A stretch of DNA of 64,000 nt. Origin: Azolla caroliniana (taxonomy: Eukaryota > Plantae > Polypodiophyta). Location of the stretch: contig JBHGNT010000022.1 in NCBI GenBank assembly GCA_043228905.1, positions 7,130,001-7,194,000 of the forward strand, given 5' to 3'. Numbering within the stretch: position 1 is the first letter of the stretch; each line of letters begins with the position of its first letter. Positions 27,446-40,100 of this stretch are shown piece after piece. Both the position numbers and the translations under genes were made by a program. Under the pieces are notes generated by a model. That model was not told the origin of the DNA, made no database searches, and saw only the letters and a list, made by a program, of their open reading frames with translations.

Positions 27446-30400
27446 TATTTTGGATGTGGTGAATGGGGTCACTTTATGGCGGAACGTCATTGTCATTGTC
27501 CTTCAACTATAGAGGTTCCTAATGAAGGGAATAGTAAGGAAGGAGTTGGGAGAGATGTTGGTGTATCAGATATGGTGGTTGTTATGGATGAAGGAACATC
27601 ATCTAGAGAAGGTTATAAAGAGGTTTCACTTCAAGGTTTGGGCCCTAAGAATAAGGGAACTCAATATATGGATATGGAAAAACAAAATTTGGTGGTTATA
27701 GAGAAGGGGAAAAAAACGTTGGATAAAACTAGTAATGATGTTGTTGTTGAAAAGGATTGACATCAAGTTAAGGGCAAGTCGAAGGGCAAATCAATGAATA
27801 TGCAATGTAATAGGTTGCCCACTACTTGTGAGACTACTTGGAAAAGTGATTTAGGAACTAGGGAGGGTCCTCGAAAAGTTCCTTGGCAAAAACAATTTAG
27901 GGAAAAGGGATTACCCCTTCACCTTCAATTTGATTCATTAGGACAGGTTGTAAATTCATCGAATTCTCGAGGTTTTTGTCAAGCAGGAGAACCTAAACAA
28001 AAGAGTTCGATAGACAACTCTAAGGATGTGGTGCATGGAAATCAACATTGGAACATGCTTTGACTAGTTTCATGACATCGGTTGCTCTAGAGGAGCAAGT
28101 GCACCCATAACATTGTTGACTGAATGAAAGTGGTAACATGGAATGTGAGAGGGGCATGTTCTCCTCATAAGAAGTATATATTATGGCAAACTTTATTAAG
28201 TAAAGAATGGGATATATTATGTGCAGTTGAGAATAAGTGTCATGAGTTAGCAGGATCCATAGTTCATTTGTGTGGATATTCATCATTCTATGCAGGACAT
28301 CTTAATAATCATTATTCAGGTGTGGTATTAATCGTGCAGGATAAGTATTTTCCTCAAGTGGTGCATAATGATCCTTATGGTCAGTTTTTGGTTCTAGAAA
28401 TCACTTTTTTTGGCTAGGTATGTGTGGGTGGTTGGGATTTATGCCCCTAACCAAGCCACTCACTCAACGTATTGCATTATGGGGCTCACTTCGTCAAACC
28501 CTATGTGTGGACCGTCCAAGATTACTTATGGGTGATTTTAACATGTGTGTTGATGCATCTCAATCTACATCTGAACATTCAATCATGGATGATCCTGAGC
28601 AACTTGCTTGGGATTCATTGGCTATGGAGGTTTTGAAGTTGGATGTTTGGACATGGTTGCATGGGAATGATCCAGGTTTTACTTTCCAATCCGCTCAACA
28701 TAGACAAACATGGAGTTGGTTAGATAGAATGTATGTGATGCACAATGATTCTTTTTTACCGACATCACTTTGTATGGCAGTTTTACAAGATGTAGGAACT
28801 TCAGATCACTTTCCTATTTGTTTGGAGATTTGTGGTCATGCAATTGACATGTATAAATCCTTACTTGGAAAGCCTCCATTATGCGTTAACTCTTCTCTTT
28901 TGCTTCAACCTCACTTTGATTCTCTCATGGAGCAAATTTTGGTAAATTTTTCACAAGAAGTGAATCTTAAAGGAGTTAAAGCATGGGATATCACATTACG
29001 AAATATTAAGATCGTTCATCGTATGTATGGAGTAACTAATGCTCAACGAAGAAGAGGTCTTCTTCTAAAATTCTCACAAGTTCTCTCTAGGTGTAATGCA
29101 TTATTGATACGTGCACCTTTAGATGAGGAGCTTTTGGATATCCAAAGTCAATTGCATGTTATTATTTCTCAGTTGCAATGCCAAAGTTATCATTATGCGA
29201 AGATGCGACAATTGAGGGATGGGCTCATAGATAATCAATGTCAATCCCATTTGTTTTTCCAAGCATCACATCCTACTTATACTCTATCTAATGTGGTACA
29301 TGTGAAGCAAGGTGATGAATGGATAGTGGATCCTACTAAAATAATTGAAATATGTGTTCATTACTTTAAGGAGTTGATTGGCCCACAATTGTTAATAACA
29401 AATGAGGTGAGTAGAGCACGCCATGAGTTTTATGATGTGGTTGGATGTATTGTGCATGACCTCATTAGTCATGAATTGGATGCGGATTTCACTGAGGATG
29501 AGGTGGAGATAGTTTTAAGGCATCTTCCTAGTGGTAAGAGCCCTGGTTGGGATGACTTAACAAATGAAGTTTTTAAGCGATATTAACACATTTTAAAGGG
29601 GCCCTTAACTTTGATGTTTTAACATTCTTGGGATTCTGGTCGTATGCCTCAAGCTTGGAAGGTTGGTCTAATTAAATTAGTTCCAAAGGTGGCAACTCCA
29701 GAGTCATTTCATCAATGGAGACCTATTTCTTTAATGGGGGGGTTGTATAAGATATTTACAAAGGTCTTTTGCAAATAGATTACAAAAGTATTTGCCAAAG
29801 TTGATACATCCCGCCCAATATGGTTTTATTACACGTAGGAATATATTGCATAATGTGTTGAATGTTCAAATGGCCATGGATTATGCTCGAAACACTCATC
29901 AAGAATTGATTATGGTGCAATTAGATTTGAAGAAAGCTTATGATCATGTTAATTGGTCCTTTGTTTCTAGGTTAATGCATACAATGGGCTTTGGACCTCG
30001 TATGTCTCGCCTCATATTTTTATTAGGACAAGATGCGGTGTCTCGAGTCATGCTTAATGGAGGAGTTACATTAGATATTGCCCTTACAAGATCCGTTCGT
30101 CAAGGATGCCCTATTAGCCCGTTGTTGTTTGCTATTGTTATTCATCCCTTGTTAGTGATGCTATCAAGGCTTGCAACAAATGGTGATATTGTGGGTCTAC
30201 ACCTTCCGTTTGGAGGGCAACTAGTTGCACAAGCTTTGGCTGATGATTCTTTCATGTTTCTACAAACCTCATGACAGAATCTTGAGAAGGGGATGCTTGT
30301 ATGGAACCAATTTGCATTGGCTTCCGGATTGCATATTAATTGGAGGAAGTCTAGTCTCATATCATGTACTGAAAGGGATTTGGAATGTTTAGGATGGCAA

Positions 30401-31886
30401 GGATCCGTGGTGAAGAAATGCTCTATTTTTTGTCACTTGGGCTATCCATTAGGAATGAATGTTACAAATGGTAAATTGATTGAATGAATGTCTAGTAAGT
30501 TGAGGGATAAGTTCATGTATTGGAAATCACAATCTTGGCCATTTCATGTATGTTTGAAGGTTGTACAATGTATTATGGAGCCTATGATATTATATTACTT
30601 GTCATTGCTGCCGTGGACAAAGAAGGCTTTGCATTCTATTTTGCAACCTCTTTGATATTTGTTGTGGAAGAAAAGGGATAAGATGGGAATCACTTAGGTT
30701 GCATGGAATCATCTATATGGAGTTGGAGTATTGAACTTATCTAAGCATATGATAGCTCGTAGATTTTCATTATTACAAGACATGTGTTCAAACTTACAAC
30801 CATGGATATCTATTGTTCAATATTTCATTGAGAACAAGGGTTTAACACATGGGAGGACAACAATTAAGGCTTCATGGTGGCAATTACTAAATGGATGTAT
30901 TTCCCTTAGGATTCTGGGCTCTACATGTGTTCAACACTTGGTTACCTCATGGCAAGAAGCACTCTTGTTATGTGTATGGAAACCATCATCTAGTAGATGA
31001 CATTGTAATTCTTTGTAAAAAGAGTTACTTATGTCTTCTCGGTTATTATGTTGGCCAGGAAAGGAGAGATTACGCTCTCAATTTAATCGTTTGTTTCGTT
31101 TGGGGATCAAAGAGGTGGGAGATATAGTTGAGGCTCCATCTCAAAGAATTTTGGAGTTTGTTGAAGCCCTGCAATTATTATGCATTCCGCCTAATTATGG
31201 GTTTATTTGGCAGCAAATACGAAATATTCCATTGATGCAAGGTCCCTTACCTCTACAAACAGGAGAACAATCATGGATTGATTGGTGTATAAAGGGTCAA
31301 ACATCGTTGTTACAAGTGACTGCTAATCTTTTGAATCATTGCTTTGTTGAGTCTTTTGGATGGTTATCATCTAAGGTTGAAGAAGAATGGAGATTACACA
31401 AATCTGATCTGTCGAAATTCCGTGCTCGGCCACAACCGAGGAACTGGATCGATTCACAGAAAACGGGAAATTCAACAATGCACGAAAACAATAGAGAGAA
31501 GGGTACACTGGATGTTTTACGTGGAAAACCCTAAATGGGAAAAACCACGGGAGTGCAAGACTCCAACTATCACTATACGCGGGAATGTACAATGGCGAGC
31601 TGCAAGGCGACGACCTTGAGCTCACTGTCCTTGCCACAGGCGGCGGTATTACACAGAGGCGTCGACCTCTTCCTTCCTCTTTCTCTCTCACTCTCTCTCG
31701 GCTGCTCTCACTTCGCTCCCTCTTAGTGGAAAACAGAAAAATGAGCAACAACATAAACTGTTTGCCCTAAGTCATATTTATACACATATGACTTTCGGGC
31801 TATTTACAAATATAGCCTCAAGGGCTCTTGGCAAACATATTCACAAATATGTCCCCGCATCCGGATCTCCCTCCGGGTACATTCGT

Positions 31887-32044
31887 CATCCGGCTCCGTA
31901 ACCGGGGTCTTCAGCATCCGGCTCCGTAGCCGGGGTATTCATCATCCGGCTCCGTAGCCGGGGTCTTCATCATCCGGCACCGTAGCCGGGGTCTTCATCA
32001 TCCGGCTCCGTAGCCGGGGTCTTCATCATCCGACACCGTAACCG
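31887..32044. repeat. 28-bp tandem array (~5.5 copies) in the copia-A LTR; second copy at ~36698-36855
   Basis: Unit catccggctccgtagccggggtcttcat. Confidence 0.93.
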
Positions 32045-32115
32045 CAACCGGGCTTGCCGTCATTCATCTCCGGACATCCCATCCGGAGGGACCGAAATCC
32101 CAACAAACTCCCCCT

Positions 32116-35100
32116 TCACTTCGGCATGGGATGTCTCTCCAATCCGACCCTCTTCCGGCACGCTTCCAGCTTGTCGGGTGTGAGCACTTTGGTCAGCATA
32201 TCTGACCCGTTCTCTTCCGTGTGGATCTTCGTCAGCATGAACTCCTGGTCTTCTATCCTTTCCCGGATCCAGTGATATCTTCGCTGGATGTGCTTCGTCC
32301 GGGAGTGATAGGCCGCGTTCTTCGCAAGGTGGATGGCACTCTGACTGTCGCAGTAGAGTCGGTACTCCTCTTGCCGGATACCGAGCTCTCTAATGAAGTC
32401 CTTCATCCATATTATTTCCTTGCCGGCTTCAACAGCCGCCATGTACTCCGCCTCCGTGGTTGACAACGCAACCGTCTTCTGCAGCCTCGACTGCCACGAA
32501 ACAGCTCCCCCTGCATACGTCATCACATACCCTGATGTGGACCGGCTGGTATCGTCATCAGCCGACATATCTGAATCGGTAAAGCCGTCGAGTTCGGGCT
32601 TACCGGAGCCGAATCGGAGGCACACGTTTGCCGTGCCCTTCAGGTATCGGAGTATCCACTTGACCGCGTTCCAGTGGTCTTTGCCGGGATTGCTCATGTA
32701 CCGGCTCACCACTCCGACTGCGTATCCTATGTCCGGTCTTGTACACACCATTGTGTACATCAAGCTTCCGACGGCAGAGGCATATGGTACTTTCATCATG
32801 TCCTCCTTCTCAGCCTTTGTCTTGGGGCTCTGCTTGCTGGACAACTTGCAGTTTGCCGGGAGGGTTGACCCGACCGGTCTTGCTTCCGACATGTTGAACC
32901 GGTGAAGCACCTTTGTCACGTACTTCTCCTGTGACAGCCACAACTGCTTCTTCTTCCGGTCCCGGATGATGTGCATCCCTAGTATTTGCCTCGCCGGACC
33001 CAGGTCCTTCATTGAGAAGGTTCGGTCAAGAGCCTTCTTCAGCATCCGTATCTTGACCTGGTCCCGTCCGACGATCAACATGTCGTCCACGTATAGGAGG
33101 AGTATTAGAAAGTCTCCTCCTTCGAACTTCTTCACAAACACGCAGTGATCGGACTGCGTTTTGTGGTACCCTTCGTCGGTCATGAAGGAGTTGAACTTCC
33201 GGTACCATTGCCGGGGAGCCTGCTTCAGTCCGTAAAGGCTCTTCTTCAACCGGCATACCAGGTGCTCCTTCCCTTTCTTCTCGAATCCTTCCGGTTGCTG
33301 CATGTAGATCTCTTCTTCGAGGTCACCGTGAAGGAATGCCGTCTTCACGTCCATCTGTTCTATCTCGAGGTCCATGCTTGCCGCTATGCTCAGCACCGTC
33401 CGGATGGAGGTCATCTTCACTACCGGGGCAAATATCTCGTCGAAGTCGACGCCCTTCTTCTGCTGAAACCCCTTCACCACGATCCTGGCTTTGTATCTTG
33501 GGGGGTTTCCGGCATCTCCCGGTTTCAGCTTGAACACCCACTTGTTTCGAAGTGCCCGCTTTCCTTTCGGCAACTCCACAAGTTCATATGTGTGGTTCTC
33601 ATGCAGGGAATCCATCTCGTCCTGCATGGCACTCAACCACCTGCGGCTCTGGGTGTCATGCTTTGCTTCTTCAAAGCTCTCCGGCTCCCCCTCGTCGGTT
33701 AGCAGCACGTGCTCTGGTTCCGGAAATCTCCGGGGGGCCCTTCTCTCTCTTAGAGGATATCTCCGTTCCGGAGCTTCGGTAACCGGTTCTTCCGATTCTT
33801 CTTCATCCGAATCCATTTCGGGATCGGGGCCGGTTCCGGTATCATTTTCATCTTCTTCGGCCGGTTCTGTTTCTTCACCGTCTTCGGCCGGATCCTCGAG
33901 AGCTAACCGGTCCCTTGCCGGTCGGGACTGCTCCTCGTAGAGTTGATCCTCACCGGTCGACTTGGAGCTCTTCATCTTCTTCTCCGACTCCCAGTCGGCG
34001 AGTGTCTTGTTCTCCATGAAGATGATATCTCGACTCCTGAATATCTTCTTGTCGACCGGGTCCCATACTCGGTAGCCGAACTCGTCGTCGCCGTAACCGA
34101 GGAATATGCATGGCCGGGTCTTTGGATCTAGCTTTCCTCTCCGGTCCTTTGCCACATGCACGTATGCGAGACACCCGAACACCTTCAGATGCCGGTAGGA
34201 CACTTCCTTACCGGTCCACACTTTCTGCGGCGTGTCTCCGTCCAAAGGTACTGAGGGTGATCTATTTATCACATACGTCGCCGTCGACATTGCCTCAGCC
34301 CAAAACCCCTTGGGTAATTTCGCATGCGCCAGCATACTCCGGACCCTCTCCATTATGGTCCGGTTCATCCTCTCGGCCAGCCCGTTCAGTTCCGGCGTCT
34401 TCGGCACAGTAAACTCGAGCCGGATCCCCTTCGAGCGACAGTACTCCTGGAACTGCCCCCGGTATTCCCCTCCGTTATCCGCTCGTATCGCTTTCAGCTT
34501 CTTGCCGGATTCTCTTTCCACTCTCGCGTGGAGTTCTTTGAAGACGGACAACACTTGGTCCTTTGTCTTCATCGGTGCCGTCCACAGTCTTCGGCTATGA
34601 TCATCTATGAATGTTACGAAGTACTGGGCTCCGCCATGTGACTTCGTTTCTACCTGACACACATCGGTGTGCACCAACTCCAATGGTGCGCTACGTCTCG
34701 TCGGTGGCCTTGAGTGGAAGGAGGTTCGGTTCTGCTTACCGGCCAGGCAATCGGTGCACTTTTCCAGGTGCACATGCTTCACTGGGATAAGGTTGTCTTC
34801 TGCAAGCCTCTTCATCCCCTTCTCACTCATGTGGCACAGTCTTTTGTGCCACAGCTCACCGGCAGTGTCGGCTGCCACATTCAGCTCTTCCGGACATAGC
34901 CGGGAGTTCATCAGGTACAGTGTGTTGACCTTCCGGGCCCGAGCCACTATCAGGCTCCCCTTGCTGAACTTCATGACACCGTTCCGGATGCTACCCGTGT
35001 AGCCTTCATCATCTAGCCTCCCGGCCGAGATCAGGTTCAATCGGACTTCCGGAACGTGTCGCACATCCTTCAGCAGCATCTTGCATCCGGTTGATGTCAT

Positions 35101-36189
35101 CAGCCACACGTCTCCTATGCCGGCAATCCGGCATGTGCCTTCATTTCCCATCCGGACACAGCCATGCTCACCGGCTGTGTAGGATGAGAAGTATTTCTTC
35201 TCCGGGGTCAGGTGGAACGACGCTCCGGAATCGACCACCCAGGTCATCTCTACACCGGCAAGGTTCAGCTCCCTCTCTTCGGTAATGAGCATTATCTCTT
35301 CTTCACTTGCCGCGAGTGCCATCGTTCCTTTCCGGTCCTGCCCTCGCCGATCCGGACCTCTCCGGTCCGTGGCTCCCCGGTATGCACCGTTTCTCTCCGG
35401 TGACTTCTTCGAATCGGTGTCGTCGGCTCCGTTGTCCTTTCGGTAATGCCGACAATTCTTCCGGAAGTGCCCCGGCTTCCCACAGTGGAAGCATGTGGGC
35501 CTTCCTCTTGACTGCGACCGGGTCCCCGACTTCTCCCGTCTTTGCGGACTCCGGTTCCATTGTCTTCCCCGATCCGATTCGGTAAGCAGCGCCTTCGAGT
35601 CGGAGGCCGGTTCTTTATCTCTCCGACGCGCTTCTTCGTTCAAAATGCTTGTCTTTACCATTTGTAGAGACAAGTTATCTTCGGTGCAGGAGGTGCTGAG
35701 AGTCACCACCAAGTTCTCCCAGCTTTCTGGCAATGTACACATCAGAATGATGGCTTGCATTGCATCCTCCAACGGGAACTTGATCGCCGCAAGCTGGTTC
35801 ACGAATCCCATGAACGTGCTTACGTGTTCCACCATACTCTCGCCGTCCCGATACTTGAGGTTCACTATCTTTCTCATCAGGGAGGTTCGGTTCAACGCAT
35901 TCTTCCTCTCGTAGAGGCCCGACAGCTTCCTCCACATCTCATATGCGTTGGTGTCGTTCGCCACGTGTTGTAGAACGCTCACGTCGACGTATTGCCGAAT
36001 GGTTGCAACGGCTTTCCGGTTCAGAAGCCTCCACTCCGTCTCAAGTACCCCCTTGGGTATTTCCGACCTGTCGATCGGTTCATACAGGTCCCGAACAATG
36101 AGCAGATCCTCCATCTTTATCTTCCAGTCGGCGTAGTTCTGCGCATTCAGCACCATCATCCCCGGCTGCCCGCTGCTGCCGCCTTCCAT
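32116..36189 (-). CDS. Copia gag-pol polyprotein (gag, CCHC, PR, INT, RT, RNaseH); likely start MEGGSS near 36189
   Basis: CFHCGKPGHFRKNC, WVVDSGAS, ELVHTDVC, ADNGGEY, LKKSLYGLKQAPRQWY, LLYVDDML, GSDMLTK; no stops. The ORF-track start at 36246 lies inside the LTR. Confidence 0.95.
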   Translation of the reverse strand: MEGGSSGQPGMMVLNAQNYADWKIKMEDLLIVRDLYEPIDRSEIPKGVLETEWRLLNRKAVATIRQYVDVSVLQHVANDTNAYEMWRKLSGLYERKNALNRTSLMRKIVNLKYRDGESMVEHVSTFMGFVNQLAAIKFPLEDAMQAIILMCTLPESWENLVVTLSTSCTEDNLSLQMVKTSILNEEARRRDKEPASDSKALLTESDRGRQWNRSPQRREKSGTRSQSRGRPTCFHCGKPGHFRKNCRHYRKDNGADDTDSKKSPERNGAYRGATDRRGPDRRGQDRKGTMALAASEEEIMLITEERELNLAGVEMTWVVDSGASFHLTPEKKYFSSYTAGEHGCVRMGNEGTCRIAGIGDVWLMTSTGCKMLLKDVRHVPEVRLNLISAGRLDDEGYTGSIRNGVMKFSKGSLIVARARKVNTLYLMNSRLCPEELNVAADTAGELWHKRLCHMSEKGMKRLAEDNLIPVKHVHLEKCTDCLAGKQNRTSFHSRPPTRRSAPLELVHTDVCQVETKSHGGAQYFVTFIDDHSRRLWTAPMKTKDQVLSVFKELHARVERESGKKLKAIRADNGGEYRGQFQEYCRSKGIRLEFTVPKTPELNGLAERMNRTIMERVRSMLAHAKLPKGFWAEAMSTATYVINRSPSVPLDGDTPQKVWTGKEVSYRHLKVFGCLAYVHVAKDRRGKLDPKTRPCIFLGYGDDEFGYRVWDPVDKKIFRSRDIIFMENKTLADWESEKKMKSSKSTGEDQLYEEQSRPARDRLALEDPAEDGEETEPAEEDENDTGTGPDPEMDSDEEESEEPVTEAPERRYPLRERRAPRRFPEPEHVLLTDEGEPESFEEAKHDTQSRRWLSAMQDEMDSLHENHTYELVELPKGKRALRNKWVFKLKPGDAGNPPRYKARIVVKGFQQKKGVDFDEIFAPVVKMTSIRTVLSIAASMDLEIEQMDVKTAFLHGDLEEEIYMQQPEGFEKKGKEHLVCRLKKSLYGLKQAPRQWYRKFNSFMTDEGYHKTQSDHCVFVKKFEGGDFLILLLYVDDMLIVGRDQVKIRMLKKALDRTFSMKDLGPARQILGMHIIRDRKKKQLWLSQEKYVTKVLHRFNMSEARPVGSTLPANCKLSSKQSPKTKAEKEDMMKVPYASAVGSLMYTMVCTRPDIGYAVGVVSRYMSNPGKDHWNAVKWILRYLKGTANVCLRFGSGKPELDGFTDSDMSADDDTSRSTSGYVMTYAGGAVSWQSRLQKTVALSTTEAEYMAAVEAGKEIIWMKDFIRELGIRQEEYRLYCDSQSAIHLAKNAAYHSRTKHIQRRYHWIRERIEDQEFMLTKIHTEENGSDMLTKVLTPDKLEACRKRVGLERHPMPK

Positions 36190-36205
36190 TTTTTGTGTTA
36201 CCGTC

Positions 36206-36217
36206 GCTCTGATACCA
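36206..36217 (-). promoter_or_regulatory. Primer-binding site (tRNA-iMet) of copia-A
   Basis: The reverse complement of gctctgatacca is TGGTATCAGAGC, 3 nt from the 5' LTR. Confidence 0.95.
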
Positions 36218-37190
36218 CTTTGTCGAAATTCCGTGCTCGGCCACAACCGAGGAACTGGATCGATTCACAGAAAACGGGAAATTCAACAATGCACGAAAAC
36301 AATAGAGAGAAGGGTACACTGGATGTTTTACGTGGAAAACCCTAAATGGGAAAAACCACGGGAGTGCAAGACTCCAACTATCACTATACGCGGGAATGTA
36401 CAATGGCGAGCTGCAAGGCGACGACCTTGAGCTCACTGTCCTCGCCACAGGCGGCGGTATTACACAGAGGCGTCGACCTCTTCCTTCCTCTTTCTCTCTC
36501 ACTCTCTCTCGGCTGCTCTCACTTCGCTCCCTCTTAGTGGAAAACAGAAAAATGAGCAACAACATAAACTGTTTGCCCTAAGTCATATTTATACACATAT
36601 GACTTTCGGGCTATTTACAAATATAGCCTCAAGGGCTCTTGGCAAACATATTCACAAATATGTCCCCGCATCCGGATCTCCCTCCGGGTACATTCGTCAT
36701 CCGGCTCCGTAACCGGGGTCTTCAGCATCCGGCTCCGTAGCCGGGGTATTCATCATCCGGCTCCGTAGCCGGGGTCTTCATCATCCGGCACCGTAGCCGG
36801 GGTCTTCATCATCCGGCTCCGTAGCCGGGGTCTTCATCATCCGACACCGTAACCGCAACCGGGCTTGCCGTCATTCATCTCCGGACATCCCATCCGGAGG
36901 GACCGAAATCCCAACATGATCATGGGTGGTGGCAAATCTTATAACGTAGTTGGCATTCTAAATTGCCACTTGTAGCAAAGGTCTTCATTTGGAGAGTTTT
37001 GATTGGAGGATTGCCTTTGGGATTAGCTCTAAAGCGTCATGGACTAGCAAAGGGTAATTGGTTTTTTTGCACTGTTCAAATGGAAGTTAGTACTCATCGA
37101 TTTATACAATGCCCGATTGCTTCTCAGATTTGGAATTACATTTCTCAAATTTGGCAAGTTTTATCACGGTGTTATTTGACACCTAGACAG

Positions 37191-40100
37191 TGATGAGAAG
37201 TGCACCGAATATCGCTCGGCCATAATCGAGTAATAAATCACTTCTATAAGAATCAAACACATAAATGGGAAGTGGAGAGTACACAAGAAAAATGACATAG
37301 GATGTTTACATGGAAAACCCTAATAGGGAAAAAACCACGGGAACCCACAGACTCCGAACTATCACTATGAAGAGAATGGGTACAATCAGAGACTCGGAGG
37401 CAACGACCTCGAGCTCTATTTCTTCGCACAGTGGCGGTTACAACAGAGTATCGCTCTATATCTCTCTCTTTTTCCCCTCACTCTATCTCTTTCCCTATAC
37501 AACGGTTACAACAACAATAACAACTATACTAAGGTGATTGCCCTAAATCATATTTATACTTATATGAACTTAGGGCTATTTACAAATATAGCCTCAATGG
37601 GCTTACTCAGAAAACATATTTACAGATATGTCTTCTACATCCGGTTCTCACCGGGTCTTTTACATCCGGTTCTCAAGATCCCATCCGGAGGGACCGAAAT
37701 CCCAACAATCTCCCCCTTCACTCTAGCATGGGATGTTTTGTCAGCCTGATCCGCATCCGACATGAGTCCAGCTTGTCGGGTGTTTGCACTTTGGTCAACA
37801 TGTCCGACCCATTGTCCTCCATGTGGATCTTTGTCAGTACGAACTCTCGATCTTCAACTCGCTCCCGAATCCAGTGGTACCTGCGTTGGATGTGCTTCGT
37901 TCTTGAATGGTAGGCCGCGTTCTTTGCAAGGTGGATGGCACTCTGACTATCACAATAGAGTCGGTATACCTCTTGTCGGATCCCTAGCTCACCGATGAAG
38001 TCCTTCATCCATATTATTTCCTTTCCAGCTTCCACAGCTCCCATGTACTCCGTCTCTGTTCTCGACAGTGCAACGGTCTTCTGCAGCCTTGACTACCATG
38101 ATACAACTCCCCCCCCATAAGTCATTACATATCCAGATGTAGACCGGCTAGTATCCACATCAACCGACATATCTGAATTCGTGAATTCGTCAAGTTGGGG
38201 ATTACCAGAGCCAAACCGGAGGCACAAACTTGAAGTGCCTTTCAGATACTGGAGTATCCACTTGACCGCGTTCCAATGCTCTTTACCGGGATTGCTCATG
38301 AACCGGCTCACCAGTCCGATTGCATATCCAATATCCGGTTGGGTACACACCATTGCATACATCAAGCTCCCGACGGCAGAGGCATATGGTATCTCCATCA
38401 TATCCGCCTTCTCCGCCTTTGTCCTAGGGCTCTGTTTTCCGGTAAGCTTGTAGTTTTCCGGAAGTGTTAATTTGACCGGTTTCACATCCGACATGTTGAA
38501 CCGTTGAAGCACCTTCGTCACGTACTTTTCCTATGATAGCCACAATAGGTTCTTCGACCGGTCCCGGATGATGTGCATCCCCAATATCTGTCTTGTTGGA
38601 CCCAAGTCTTTCATTGAGAAAGTCCGGTTCACGGCCTTCTTCAGCATTCGTATCTTGACTTGGTCTCGTCCAATGATCAACATGTCGTCCACGTACAGGA
38701 GCAATATCAGGAAATCTCCTCCATAAAATTTCTTCACAAACACGCAGTGATCGACTTGCGTCTTGTGGTACCCATGATCGGTCATGAAGGAGTCGAACTT
38801 CCGGTACCATTACCGGGGAGCTTGCTTCAGTCCGTATAAGCTCTTCTTCAGCCTGCACACCAGGTGCACCTTCCCTTACTTCTCAAATTCTTCCGGTTGG
38901 TGCATGTAGATCTCTTCTTCGAGGTCTCCATGTAGAAATGCTGTCTTGACGTTCAACTGCTCTACCTCGAGGTCCATGCTTGCCGCTATGCCCAATACTG
39001 TCCGGATGGATGTCATCTTTACTACCGGGGCAAAGATCTCATCGAAGTCCACTCCTTTCTACTGTCAGAAACCCTTCACCACGATTCGGGCCTTATACCT
39101 TGGTGGATTTCCGGCGTCTCCCGATTTCAGCTTGTACACCCACTTGTTTCGGAGTGCCCTCTTTCCTTTCAGCAACTCCACCAATTCGTATGTGTGGTTC
39201 TCATGCAAGGAATCCATCTCATCCTGCATGGCACTCAACCACTTGCGGCTGTGGGTTTCCGGCTCCCCCCAGATCGGTTAGCAACACATGCTCTGCATTC
39301 GGAAATCTTCGGGGGGCTCTTCTCTCCCAGAGAGGATATCTTCGTCCTTGGTTTCTGACAGCCCGTTCCTTCGTCTGTTCTGAATCTGAATCCGATTCGG
39401 GATCTTGTCTGGTTTCGATGTCTTCTTCTTCTTCTTCTTCTTCTTCAGTCGGTTCGGTTTCCTCTCCGTATCCGGTCGATTCGTCGAGTGTCATCCGGTT
39501 ACCGGCTAACATCCGGTTTTCAATTGGGTATATCTTTTTGTCCTCAAGCCAGTTTTCAATGGATGGTCTGGAGTTCGTTACCTTCTTCTCCGACTCCCAG
39601 TCGGCAATGGTCCTGTCTTCCATGAAGACTATGTCCCGACTCCAGAACACCTTTCTGTCGACCAGATCTCACACACGGTAACCAAACTCATCATCGCCGT
39701 ATCTAAGGAATATGCATGGTCGGGACTTCGGATCCAACTTTGCTCTCTTGTCCTTCGCCACATGCACGCATGTGAGACACCCGAACACCTTCAAACGCCA
39801 GTAAGACACATTCTTATCGGTCCATACTTTCTACGGTGAGTCTCCGTCCAAGGGTACTGAGGGTGATCTGTTTATCACATAGGTCGCTGTCGTCAGCACC
39901 TCAGCCCAAAACGTCTTGGGTAACTTTGCATGTGCCAACATGCTCCAGACTCTCTCCATCACGGTCTGGTTCATCCGTTCGGCCAACCCATTTAGTTCCG
40001 GCGTCTTCGGCACAGTGAATTCGAGCCGGATTCCCTTCGATCGGCAGTACTCCTCGAACTGCCCCCGGTATTCTCCTCCGTTATCTGCTCGAACCGCCTT

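Larger units (their letters stand above)
31410..36916 (-). mobile_element. Intact Ty1/copia LTR retrotransposon (Tnt1/Tork-like), copia-A
   Basis: 696-bp LTRs at 31410-32105 and 36221-36916 (TG..CA); TSD TGATC at 31405-31409 and 36917-36921; tRNA-iMet PBS; PPT next to 32106; one uninterrupted polyprotein ORF. Confidence 0.98.

Noticed and set aside
31031-31754. ORFs crossing the LINE/LTR junction or lying within LTRs (also 35992-36581 and 41866-42381)
   Set aside because: They are read-through into LTR sequence and are duplicated only because the LTRs are duplicated.
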